DNA of 64,000 bases from Piromyces finnis finn. Taxonomy: Eukaryota; Fungi; Neocallimastigomycota. The notes beneath the pieces are model-generated. The model was given only the letters and a program-made list of their open reading frames with translations. It made no database searches and had not been told where the DNA came from. The position numbers and the translations under genes are program-made. Of the stretch, positions 1 to 12,006 are shown in pieces. The DNA lies in the NCBI GenBank assembly GCA_002104945.1, contig MCFH01000057.1:124001-188000 (forward strand), given 5' to 3'. How positions within the stretch are numbered: position 1 is the first letter of the stretch; each line of letters starts with the position of its first letter.

Positions 1-174
1 TTTTATTAATTTATTGTAATAAAATTGTTAATAACAATTATATTGATAAAATGATGAAAAATATCTTCTATTTATATTTTTCCTAAATACATTTATATTA
101 TATTATAACTATTTATTTCTTATATATTATTATTTAAAATCTACACTAAAATCTTAATTATTAATAAATATTTA

Positions 175-400
175 AGATATAACTATTTTTAGTAAAATAC
201 AATTGGCAATTCAAATTAAGTACTATTCAATTTGAATATGTGCCCATGTATTATTGATATATTAATCATTTATTATTTATCTATTTCTATAAAAAAACAA
301 CACTAAAACTAGGGGTTTGAATTGAGAAATTTAATTTATTTGCTATACATTAAAAATATATTAATAATTTATTTTGTTTTAAACTTTATAATTATTAATA
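175..400 (+). repeat. AT-rich LTR-related repeat fragment, with a direct copy at ~2015-2215
   Basis: ATAACTATTTT(T)AGTAAAA...GGCAATTCAAAT...TTTGAATATGTGCCCATGTATTATT...AATTGAGAAATTTA occurs at both ~180-370 and ~2019-2200. A more diverged version (CAGTCCATGTATTATCTATATATTAAT) lies inside the solo LTR at ~1225-1265. Confidence 0.75.
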
Positions 401-409
401 AATATAATA

Positions 410-700
410 TTTAATTAATATATAGGTAATAAATGGACTGTATTCAATTTGCAGTTTACTCAAGTGTATTTAATTAGTTTTAGTTTTGTTTTATTCTCTT
501 ATTTAATTAAATTAGTATTAAATTAGTTTTGTTTATTTTATATTGAATATATGTATAATTAAATAGGATAGTATATTAAATGTAATTTACAAAAAATTTA
601 AATACATATAAAATTTCGTAATTAAAACGATGTAATTGTTATTGACTATTATTTAATTAATAACTAAATAAAATTAACAAAAAGAGATATTTAAATACGA
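410..700 (-). repeat. Inverted partial copy of the solo-LTR interior (pairs with ~965-1265)
   Basis: 410-700 is a near-perfect reverse complement of ~965-1265. For example, ATGGACTGTATTCAATTTGCAGTTTACTCAA pairs with TTGAGTAAACTACAAATTAAATACAGTCCAT, and AAAACGATGTAATTGTTATTGACTATT pairs with AATAGTCAATAACAATTACATCGTTTT. Confidence 0.85.
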
Positions 701-786
701 TATTATAAATAATTAAACAAGAAAAATAATAATATTGTTGATTTGCAAGAAAGCAATATACTTTAACAATTGCACTTAAACGAACA

Positions 787-2010
787 ATGGAGCGTCAAAG
801 TGCAGCTTTGAGGATAGTAAATGATCCTCTAACTTTCTTTGGCCGCAGACAAGAACTAGACGGGTGTAAAAGGTTTTATATATCAAAACAGATTATAAAA
901 TTTTTACAATAAAACAATAAACACAAAATAAATAAAAAAGAGACAAGAAAATAAATTATATTTAAAAAAAATATCTCTTTTATTGATTTTATTTAGTTAT
1001 TAACTAAATAATAGTCAATAACAATTACATCGTTTTAATCAAGAAATTTTATATGTATTTATATTTTTTGTAAATTGTATTTTAATATACTATTCTATTT
1101 AATTATACATATATTCAATATAAAATAAACAAAACTAATTTAATACTAATTTAATTAAATAAGAGAATAAAACTAAACTAAAACTAATTAAATACACTTT
1201 TGATTCAATTTGAGTAAACTACAAATTAAATACAGTCCATGTATTATCTATATATTAATTAAGTATTAATAATACTATTCATTATATATTTATTATTAAA
1301 AATGTTAATTTAAAATTACGCTAAAGTTATTAAACTAATTTTAATTAAATAAAAACTTTTTAAGATTTAATTTGAATATTTAAAATATTTAAATTTAATT
1401 ATCCATTAATTTAAACATTTATCCAAATTTCATTTGTAACTTTGATATTTTAAAATTAATTTTTATTTAATTATTCCATAAAATTTACTGAATAAATTTT
1501 ATATATAATTTCCATTAAAATATCAAAATTATTTAATAATTATTAATTAATTATTAAATAATTTAAAGATATACTTTATATCTTTACAACGGGTTCTTGA
1601 CAAGGATTGAACTAGCTATTGACCAACCCTGATCGGTTCGCCAATGATGAAGCGAGAGTACGCTTCTTAATCTCGTATTTCGTTAATAGACCCTTAGAAT
1701 GGGCCGCTCGTTTAAGATAAAATAACGACGCCATTCTAAGAAATTGTAATCAATTCGTTGCTGCTCTCCGCACTAATTTCGGAGATCCTAATAACGACAC
1801 AATTGTTGCAAATGGAAGATTTTGCAACATAAAAGAAAGAAAGTTTGGCAAAGTGTTTGAATATATTAATGAATTTCAATGCGTTAGCCAAAACTCTAAT
1901 TTCAATGAAGCAGCGAAGATATATATGTTCACAAAGGGTCTACATCTAAAAATGCGTGAACATTTGGCAATAGTCAACCCAAATCTTATTCAACTAGAGC
2001 ATCTTTACTC
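787..2010 (+). mobile_element. Degenerate Ty3/gypsy retrotransposon gag (Retrotrans_gag type), split by a solo LTR and truncated at ~2015
   Basis: With 865-1588 and one TSD copy removed it reads MERQSAALRIVNDPLTFFGRRQELDG|FLTRIELA...NPDRFANDEARVRFLISYFVNRPLEWAARLR*NNDAILRNCNQFVAALRTNFGDP...FEYINEFQ...AAKIYMFTKGL. It carries a frameshift and a stop. Confidence 0.85.
865..1588 (+). mobile_element. Solo LTR (724 bp) with 5-bp target-site duplication ACGGG
   Basis: Begins TGTAAAAG and ends CTTTACA (TG...CA inverted termini). It is flanked by ACGGG at 860-864 and 1589-1593, and excision restores the gag frame (L-D-G-F-L-T-R). Confidence 0.9.
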
Positions 2011-2219
2011 TGATGTTATAACTATTTTAGTAAAACTAAATAGGCAATTCAAATCAAGTAGTACTCGATTTGAATATGTGCCCATGTATTATTTATATAT
2101 TAATCATTTATTATTTATATACTATTTATCTATTTCTATAAAAAAAAACAATACTAAAACTAAGAAATTAAATTGAGAAATTTAGTTTATTTGTAGAACA
2201 TTAAAAATAAATTTTAAAT

Positions 2220-3465
2220 TTTAATTTTAATAAATAAATTATGTCTCATTTTCTTTTTCTTTAATATAATTTGTGTAACTTAAACAATAATATTTATGAC
2301 TTAAGTTACATTAAATATATCAAGCTGAGGTGTTTGATATTTTTACAATCTCTCTCTCTAAGTCGAGTTCCTGCGAGATTAATTTATAAAAAATCCTTTC
2401 TCGAAGGAATTTCAATTACAAATGGTTGGTATCTGTGCTTGATTAAACTACCAACTTTATTCTTTCTAATTTTCATGGAAGAGTCATTCGACTTACATTT
2501 TAATTTTTTAGAGTTTCTTTCAAACTCTTATATCTCTTGTATTAATTGTTTGTCTGGAATCTGATCTTTAGAAATCCAGGTGGATTTGTCAAATCCTTTC
2601 CACGATAACTTATAAAATGTTTTACCATTGACAGATTTCATCTTCTCAATTTTCTCTGGAATTTTTTCAATCAAATCTGTGTTAAGGTGAATATTTCTCT
2701 TCCTACGGTTAGACCTATCGTTAAATTCATTTTCAAAGTATGGTTCTAACAATGAAAAATGAAAAACTGTATGGCATCTCATTGTCTTTGGAAGTTTCAA
2801 TTTAAAAGCGAGAGAACTAACTTTTTCAATAATTTCAAATGGGTGCTAGTTTCTTCTTCAAGTTAGTTCCAGGAGAATCTTTTAATAACCATACCTTCTT
2901 TCCCAGAATCATTCTTTTAATATCAGAATATTTCTTATATGTTTCTTTAGCTTTTTCTAAATTTTCTTTTAATAATTTAAAGTTTTTATTCATATCAATT
3001 ACTCTTTGTTCAGCTCTACTAGGTCTATCATTAGCTGGAATTTCTAAGCTGAACTTCTAGGTAATCCATAAAGTTGAATTACCTAGAAGTGATTTTTTCA
3101 TCGGTGCATGCACTTCTCAGTCCTTTTCACTAACACCTGATGGAGTTGTAAGTGTTTCACTTTTTCCAACTTAATTCCAAGATCTTCAGCATGATTTTGA
3201 TTAATAAAATTTAATTCAGAACCAGAGTCAATTAAAACTTTAATCTTGGCTTCTGGAACTTCATTGGTACTTAAGTATAAATCAACAAGGTTTAAATCAC
3301 TTTTAACTCCCTTGACTCCAACTTTGTAAATTTTTGGATTAACAATTTTTGGAGTACTTTACTTAACTATTCTTAACACTTTTCTAGGCTTTATTCTATT
3401 AGGACAATTAAATTTTAAATGTCCTGGTTGTTTACAAAGAAAACATAAACCTTTTTTATTATATA
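2220..3465 (-). mobile_element. Internally deleted chromovirus (Ty3/gypsy): gag CCHC knuckle, aspartic protease, integrase C-terminus with chromodomain, PPT and start of 3' LTR
   Basis: On the minus strand: CFLCKQPGHLKFNC (~3410-3450); VLIDSGSELNFI (~3200-3240); HTVFHFSLLEPY and chromodomain FYKLSWKGFDKSTWI (2528-2800); purine tract AGAGAGAGAGA (~2349-2361) followed by TGTAAAAA at 2347. No RT or RNase H sequence lies between the protease and the integrase tail. Confidence 0.9.
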
Positions 3466-3812
3466 AAAAGTTAATAACTAAATAGTTTATATTTTATATA
3501 ATAGTTCATAATTATTGTAATTATAATATTATAAAATAATTATTATGATAATAATAATATCTTAGTAAACTTTTAAATAATATCACCTATATTATTTAGT
3601 TTACTTTTGATTCAAGTTAAAACTAAACTTTAAATAAAAAATAAATTAAATAACACATTTAATTCATACCCTTTTTTAATTTATAATATTAAAATAATTT
3701 TTTTATTATAAATAGATTCAAAATAAAAAAATAACTATTATTTATTATACCTTTAAACAAAAAAAATAGTATTAAAAATATTATTAATTTTAATTATTAA
3801 ATTATCTTAAAA

Positions 3813-5112
3813 ATGAAATTCCAACAAATTAGTGTTATTCTCACTTTTTTTTCTTCTTATCTTTTTGCTTTTCTTATAAATTCTGTATGAATATCTTGAT
3901 TTTGTAAATTGATATTATTACCAAAAATATCTTCAATATTTTGTGGTTCAATTTCTTCACTACCACTTCCTATTTTTTCAGCAAAAGGTAAGGATAATAC
4001 CTTGAGATTTAATGAAAGAAAAGTAAATAAGGGAGAGAAAGAAAAAGAAAAAGAGGAAGAGAAAGATAAAAATGAAAAAATTAAATATAAAAAAGATGAA
4101 GTAATATATTAAAAATATATTAATTTAAAGATATATGTTTATTAATACTTTTATTTCTGACAAAAAATAATAACTATAAATAAATAAATTTTATTATTTA
4201 TAATTTTGTAAAATTTTAGATATGTATTAACACATGCTTTTGATGGTACTGGTAGACAATCTGATACGGATGGTAGTATGACTAATTGGGTGAGTATTAT
4301 ATATATAAAATCTTCGATATATAAAAAATTACAATATATATAATAATTATAATATATATTGGCAAATCTTTAATTCCCTTATATATACTTTATTTATATT
4401 TTTCAAAAATATTAATTGAGTAAAATAATTTTTTAAAAAAAAAATAGTGGTCTTTATTAACTGCAGAAAACTTCAGCAATGCCTCTTAATGTTTCGTTGA
4501 TCAGTAACTATTTTCCAATTCATTTAAAATATATATAAAAATACTTTTAAATTTCTTTATTAATAATATTTATATAAATATATTGAAAAAATTACAAAAA
4601 TTTAGATATTCAAATTATACAATAGTAGGAAGTGATGGAAATAATTACAATGTTGATGGTGAAGTAAGTTAAATATTTAAAGACTAAAGATTATTGTAAC
4701 AATAACATAATAATATAATATATCTTATAATGATATATATATTAATAAATTTTAATTATTTAATTTAAAAGTTTATTCTTAATGAAAACGAAATCATTTT
4801 TGATAATGGTGGTGTTGATCGTGTCTATGAGGCTTGGAAAATATCTATGAACAAAGATACATATAAGGCCATAGAACGTAATAAAATACTTTCAGATTTC
4901 ACTAAATATACCAGAGATCAATTATTCATTATCCCATTTGGTCAAATTTGATGTTCCAAAATGAGACCAGAAGTTGCTGTTCAAAGATTATCTCAAGATA
5001 ACCATGCTCCAAGTGAATGGCGTGTTAAGGGTATTTTAAGAAATTCAAAACATTTCGCTGAAATTTTCAACTGTCCAGTCAATTCACCAATGAATCCAGA
5101 ACAAAAGTGTTC
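3813..5112 (+). pseudogene. M13 (neprilysin/ECE-like) zinc metallopeptidase pseudogene: signal-peptide start plus C-terminal exons only
   Basis: MKFQQISVILTFFSSYLFAF at 3813. Intron-separated exons read LTHAFDGTGRQSDTDGSMTNW, AENFSNAS*CFVDQ, YSNYTIVGSDGNNYNVDG and DNGGVDRVYEAW...QLFIIPFGQI*CSKMRPE...DNHAPSEWRVKGILRNSKHFAEIFNCPVNSPMNPEQKC. There are in-frame stops, the HExxH motif is damaged and the N-terminal domain is missing. Confidence 0.85.
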
Positions 5113-5835
5113 AAATTCCTTTATTCCTTTTAACGCATATTCTTCGAATTCTTTTACTTCTTTTTCATTCATTAAATTGCTAGGGGCTTCTATAGCAATA
5201 TTGTTTCTTCTTCAATTTCTTTAAGAGTTCTTTCATATAACATTTCTGATGTATCCGAGAAACACAAACCAAATTCACTTTGCACAATATTTTTCAATAG
5301 TTCCGCACTAACCATATTGACTATAATACATATTATTAGGGCAATTGCCAATATCTTTTCCATAACTACCATCGTATGAATACTTGATTTCTTCATTACC
5401 GTTGAAATACAGTCCAAATTCATTTTGACAACCAATACCACAATATTCTTCGGTAGTACACAATATCCGTATTTACTAAAGCATTGGTCATCAGGGCAAA
5501 CGCCTTCTCCAACATCATAAACACCATCAGTAGAAAAATTAATTTTATTTTTATCCAAATTATTATCACATTCGCCGAATTCTGATTGACACCCCTTCCC
5601 ATGGTATTGATTACCAATTCTACAATAGCCATAAAGGCCACAACACTGTCCTGATGGACATTTACCATGATCCTTTCCACATCCTCTATCAAGACTAGTT
5701 TCAACATAATTTAAAAATTTAAGGTCAGCTTCGATACATAAATCAGTATTAATTTGAAGTGATTCACAATTAATACTAGGATTTAAAATTTTAAGTTTTT
5801 CTATAGAAATATCATTATCTATAGCTATTTGATAG
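5113..5835 (-). pseudogene. Degenerate LysM + 3x CBM18 (hevein-like) chitin-binding protein fragment
   Basis: Minus strand reads IAIDNDISIEKLKILNPSINCESLQINTDLCIE (LysM-like), then CGKDHGKCPSGQCCGLYGYC...GCQSEFGEC, GVCPDDQCFSKYGYC(fs)GTTEEYCGIGCQNEFG and GNCPNNMYYSQYG*CGTIEKYC...SEFGLC. It contains frameshifts, stops and lost cysteines. Confidence 0.8.
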
Positions 5836-5879
5836 TAGTAATTATTATTAAATGGTAATAATAAAACAGGTAAGGCAAC

Positions 5880-6175
5880 CCTCAGTCGTTGATAGCATTT
5901 TATAATAGTGGGTATCGTCCTTATTTAATATGGTGGTGGTTGAGATATATCATCGTTATTACTTTTTAGCTTTAAATAAGTAGTTTAATTTTCTTTTGAA
6001 TATGGGCTACTACAATCTACATTAACTTGTGAAGTTTCTTCATCTTAGCTGGATTTTCATGATAAACATGTTGATATTCCTTTTTTTCTCTTCTTAATTC
6101 TTTTAATTAACATTAAATGACTAAAATAATGATTATAACATTTACTTCAGCAATAATACTACCAAGAAAAAAACT
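5880..6175 (-). pseudogene. Decayed C-terminus of a single-pass membrane protein (TM helix, basic stop-transfer, PPPY tail)
   Basis: Minus strand reads FFLGSIIAEVNVIIIILVI*C*, then after a frameshift KRIKKRKKG...DEETSQVNVDCSSPYSKEN*...NNDDISQPPPY*. Confidence 0.5.
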
Positions 6176-7743
6176 TTTCCTTTTTTTAGACTTTATAGTA
6201 ACAGAAAAGGCAACCTTTGAACCTACTTTAGTAGTATATATATAACCAAATGCAGTAATATTTTATAAATTTAGAGGTTGTAAATTTTTATTGTGACTTA
6301 ATAATGGTAAATTAGAAGTAAATGTACTTAAGTTTTTTTTTTTATTTTTATTTTTATATAAATAATTTTTATTCATTATATAATATTTAAATACATAATG
6401 GTAGATAATATTTCTGTTAAATAATATAATATTTATAAACTATTATTACATAGTTATAGTTTGTGCTTGTGTGTGATTTTTAAGTATTTTAAAAATAAAG
6501 GAGAAAGAAAGAAAAAAAAAACTTAAAGGTGATTATCTAATTTATATATAACTAATTTTTATTTAATTTTTCTAAAACTTATAAACATTTTATAAATAAA
6601 AAGAAAAAGAATAGTTTAATTGTTTATAATAATATAATATTAAACAATTAAACTATTCTTTTTCTTTTTCTTTTTTTTTATTGCTAATAAAACAATTATA
6701 GATAAAAAAGTATATAAATTAATTATTCCATTATAAAAGAATAAAAACCAAAAAAAAAAAAGTGAAACGTATAAAGGGAATTCTTTATTATTAAATAATA
6801 GTTATCTTGTAAAGCCAGACATTATCATTATAAATGAAAATATAACGAAATCAGAAAAAAATTAGTTAAAAGAAGTGTTAAAGAATCGGTTAATAATAAA
6901 GAAAATGAAAACGAAGAAGATTCAAATGAAACACAAAAACCAGAGAAAATAACACTTCTAGTTTTAATTCATCAAATCTTGATAATAACAATATTATGAA
7001 GAATGATATTAGTTATAAACTAGTAATGAGGTTGAAAATAATGGAAAAAGAGGCATTATTAGATCAAGTTTAAATATAAATGATAATAGAGGTAATAAAA
7101 ATAAATGATGATAGATATAATAATAAATTATGAACCTCATAAAGCTAATATTAATTATAATAATTAAAAAGATTATTAGTATACAAAATATGAGGTAAAA
7201 TATATTTATTTTATCTATTATATATGAGTCAATTAAGGAAAAAAAAAGATTTTTTATTTTAGAGATGTATTCTACATTTGGATAAAATAATTCATATAAA
7301 TATAAAGTTTATATTTAAAATTTTCAAAAAACATCTTTTTATATTATTTTAAATTATTATACTAAAATACTTTAACATTTAAAATTTTGATATTTATTAT
7401 ACTTTTAAATAATAATACCAAAAATAAATTTTATTTATATCATTTTAGAAGTTTAAAATATTCCTATATAAATAATATTATATATATAAAATAGGTTTAA
7501 GTTTTATTAATATTATTATTTAAATGAACAAATATTCTTCTTTTAACTAGTATTTTATTATTAATTGTATATTTAATATTTTTATATTTTTATCAAAAGA
7601 AATATTAGATTTTTTTTCTTATCAATAAGATATAAGAACGTAACCTCACATAATCTCTTTTTTTTTTTTTTTTTAAAAAAAAAGTGAGATCAAAAGAGAG
7701 AATTTACTGTAGAATTTATTAAAGAAGAAAAATTATTATTAAA

Positions 7744-10700
7744 ATGAAATTATATCATTATTTATTATTTTTGGCTGGTTCGAAATGTGCTTTTGGTCAT
7801 AACAAAAGAAAGGAGCCAGATCCTGAATGTAAATTTATCAATTCTTTATTAGGACAAGAAGATAAATATGATTGTTGTTCTGTCTCTGGAATTGTTTGTG
7901 AAGATAATCATATTATTGAAATGTATTAATTAATATAAATTATAAATTCAATTTAATATAATTAATTCTAATGAAATATTATCCTTTTCTATTTTAATGT
8001 AAAACTATTGTTATTTTGAAACCTATATTACATTATATGACATATAACGTTTATTAATGATGATGAAATAAATAAAACAAATTCATAGTGATTTAAAGAA
8101 AAGTGATATTAAATCTTCAACTTTACCAACATCATTTGGTAATATGGGTTACATAAAAAAATTGTAAATATTTAATATAAGGGTGATATTATTTTTTTTT
8201 ATTAAAATTGTATAATAATATATTAATGTTTGACAAAATAATAATAAATATAAAATATACTTATTATAAAAAAAACAAATGATAAAGGAATCTTATGAAT
8301 TGTGGTATTATGGGAAAAATACCTGAAGATCTTGGAAATTTAAAAAATCTAACATCAATGTAAAAAATATATATATTTATGTATTGATACATTAATGTAA
8401 TGATATTAAAAACAAAATTATATTATTGCAAATCAATTTATAAAACATTAATATATAGTAATTTATCTTATAATGATATCTCCGGAAATATACCATCAAC
8501 CATTGATAAAGTTGTAAATTTAAATACTCTGTAAGTTTTTAATATAATGTTAATTTAAGAAATTTATAAATAAATAGTCAAATCATATATTTAATTATTA
8601 TATATATTTATATTTATAATGATTAATGTTATTATATAGTGAATTACAAAACAATAGTTTAGATGGTTTTGTTCCAGGTACATTACATGGATTGGAGAAT
8701 TTAAAAAAAATGTAATTTTAAGATATACATAATCATAATTTCTTTAAAATATAAACAATAATAGTTAAAACTATTTTAATAAATGTATAGCCATTTAGAA
8801 AATAATAAATATTTACATGGAAAAGTTCCAAGAAATAAGGGTTTAGAAGAATGTGATTTTCGTGGAACGATGTTATGTATTTCAAGTAAAAAGAAAGCTG
8901 AAGAAATGAATCCAAAATGTTCATATCCAGAAACAGAGTATGATTGTGATTCTTGTTCAGCAAATTCCCAAAATTCAAGTGCAAATGAATTTTGTCAATG
9001 TAATGATGGATTTATCGGTGCAGGTTATACCGAATGTGTTAATGGTATAATATAAATAAATAAATAATTTTTAATTTTACTTATTTTCTTTTAAATATAA
9101 TCTTTCAATTTGACTTTATAGAATTACATAAATATGATAATAAATAATTAAAAGTATTTATATTATTTATTTAATAATTAATGTTTATCTAATACATAAA
9201 AGATTGTCAATATATAAATAGTATGTTTAATTGGAATAAAACGGAAAACTGCTGTAGTAAGCAAGGATTTACATGTAATAAAATTTATTTAACTGAAATG
9301 TAAGTATTTTCTAAAAAAAAAAAACCAAAAATTAATTATAAAAGTTTGTTATTTTGTTGTTTAACAAAATATTTCATATACTTTTGTTATAGTAATGTAC
9401 CAAGATACAACATTAATGGTACTATTCCAGAGTCTATTGGAAAATTAAATAAATTGAAACAATTGTAAGAAAATTTTATTACTATTATATTCATTTATAT
9501 ATATTCTATTTATCTGTATAATATAAATTATGAACATAAATTTAAAAAAAAATTAAAATATTTTAAAATGAAAATAGATATCTTCATTATAATAATTTAG
9601 AAGGTCCTATTCCATCCTCTATTTCCAATTTAACCAGTTTAGTGATATTGTATATCTTTTTTTCCTTTTTTTTTCAAATAATATTTATTCCGATAAACAA
9701 ACTATTTCTATAATTTTATTTTTATTTTCTAATTATTTTTTGTATAATTTCATACTATATAGTGATATATCTAATAATAAAATTAGTGGTAATATTCCAA
9801 AAGAAATTGAAGCTTTAACAAATTTAAAGAGAATGTATAATCAATACTTTTCATTTATTATTTTTTGTATAATTTTTAAAAAATATAATATAATTATTAA
9901 AATTAATATTTTTCAAAATAGTGATTTTTCTGATAATAAATTAGATGGATCTATTCCTTCTATTCTTGGAAAGCTTAATGGATTAACATATATGTAATTA
10001 TGATGCTTTTATATAAATATTCATTATTTAATTATTATATTATTTTAAATGTTAGTTAATATATTATTCTAATTTTATAATAATTAAATATTTTTTTATA
10101 AATGGTTAAATATAAAAATATATGAATAGTGATTTATCAGGAAATAATTTAAGTGGAAAAATTCCTTCTGAACTAACCGATCTTAAAAATATGGAACACC
10201 TGTAATTATTTATTATTTATTTTTACTATTACTTCTATTTTATAAAATATTAAACATATAAATATCAAATGCTAAAATAAATATAAATATGAAAAATATA
10301 GATTTTTAGATCATAATTCATTTGAAGGTTCCATTCCTTCTTCGATTGAAAACTTAGTTAAATTAAAGAAATTGTAAGTGTAGAGTATTATTATAAATAT
10401 TTTTATTTTATAACTTAAATATATTAAATTTAATTATTATATATATTATCTAATTATAAATAAAATAATACCACCATATGAATGCTTTATAAATAATTTA
10501 TAGATGGTTAGATCATAATAAATTTAGTGATGCTATTCCTTCATCTATTGGAAATTTATCAAATTTACAATATATGTAAATTTAAATTTTATCATTATTA
10601 AATTATAAACCTTTTATCTAATAAAGTTAATATAATCCTAATATCTTTTATAAAATTAATTAAAAAGGGATTTGTCTGCAAATAATTTAAACGGAAACAT

Positions 10701-12006
10701 TCCTTCTACTATTGGAAATTTAAAGAATTTAGAATATTTGTAAGTTTTTTTTTTTTTTTTTTTTTTTTTGAATAAAACTCATATAAATATACATGTATAT
10801 GAATGATTAATTTTTATAAAATATAATTAATAGGTATTTATCAGAAAATAATTTGGATGGTCAAATTCCAACTTCAATTGGTGGTTTATCTAATTTGGAA
10901 TATTTGTAAAAATTATTTATTTCCCCTTCATTTTTATTAATAATAAAAAGATAAATATTTAAAAAAGTATTTAATTATGTATTAATATATAATTAAATTT
11001 AAATTTATAATATAATTTAGATGGCTACACCATAATAAACTTAGTGGTTCAATTCCAGATTCATTAGGAAATTTAGCTAAATTACAAGTTTTGTAAATAT
11101 TTTTTTTTTCTATTTTTATTTTTCAATATATCGATTATTTTAAAGGATAATGTTTAGATGCTAAATAAATTCAAATTCATTATTTTATATTTTTATATTA
11201 AACAAAAAAAAGGGAATTAAATAATAATGAATTAGATGGTACTATTCCAAGATCTCTTGGTGAACTAACAAAATTAGAATACTTGTAATTTTTTTATATA
11301 ATATTTATATTTTTTGATAATTATAATGTAGTAAATAATTCATTAAATTAAAAATATTTTTTTCTTTTTCTTTTTCTTTTTTTTTTTTTTTTTTAATCAA
11401 CTTCTAGATATTTGGATAATAATAAGCTAAGTGGTGAACTTCCTTTCTCTTCTGAAAAGATTGCCGAATTAAAAGCATTGTAAATATTATTAAAATGAAA
11501 TAACTTTTTTTTTTAAAAAAAAATTTTTAGAAATTATTAATTTTATTTTCTCATTTTTTTATAAACTTCAAGACATTTTGAAGTTAATAATGGTAATGCT
11601 ATAAATAATTATGTTCTTAATGAAGAAAGAATGGCTGGAGATATTGAATTATGTTACAATGAAGGTAATGATATATACATATATTTTTATTTATACATTA
11701 TTTTTTAGTTTATTAATATATTTTTAAATACATAATCTTTTATTCTTTATAATTTTATTTAGATGGTATGAAATGCCAAAATAAAAATGGTAATACTATT
11801 ATGAATTTGTTTATATCATTAGATATTTATTTTATTAAAAAGTTTTTCACTTAACAATATTTATTTATACATAATATTATAAAATTATAGGTTTAGAATC
11901 TAATATAGTAACAGAATATGGTGAATCTTTTTCTCCAAAAAGTATTAGCTATCATTTTATAAATGTTATATTCATTATAACAACTATTGTGTTATTGAAA
12001 ATGTAA
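7744..12006 (+). CDS. Secreted, probably GPI-anchored LRR protein (plant-type GxIP LRRs) with two LRR blocks and an EGF-like linker; ~22 exons
   Basis: Signal peptide MKLYHYLLFLAGSKCAFG and Cys N-cap DCCSVSGIVCED. Fifteen 72-nt phase-2/2 exons each encode xLxxNxLxGxIPxxIGxLxxLxxL (starts ~8288, 8459, 8641, 9393, 9578, 9763, 9922, 10130, 10302, 10504, 10668, 10834, 11021, 11213, 11408). An EGF-like CQCNDGFIGAGYTEC lies at ~8995-9040 and a second N-cap at ~9200-9300. The last exon ends FINVIFIITTIVLLKM* at 12006. Confidence 0.9.
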
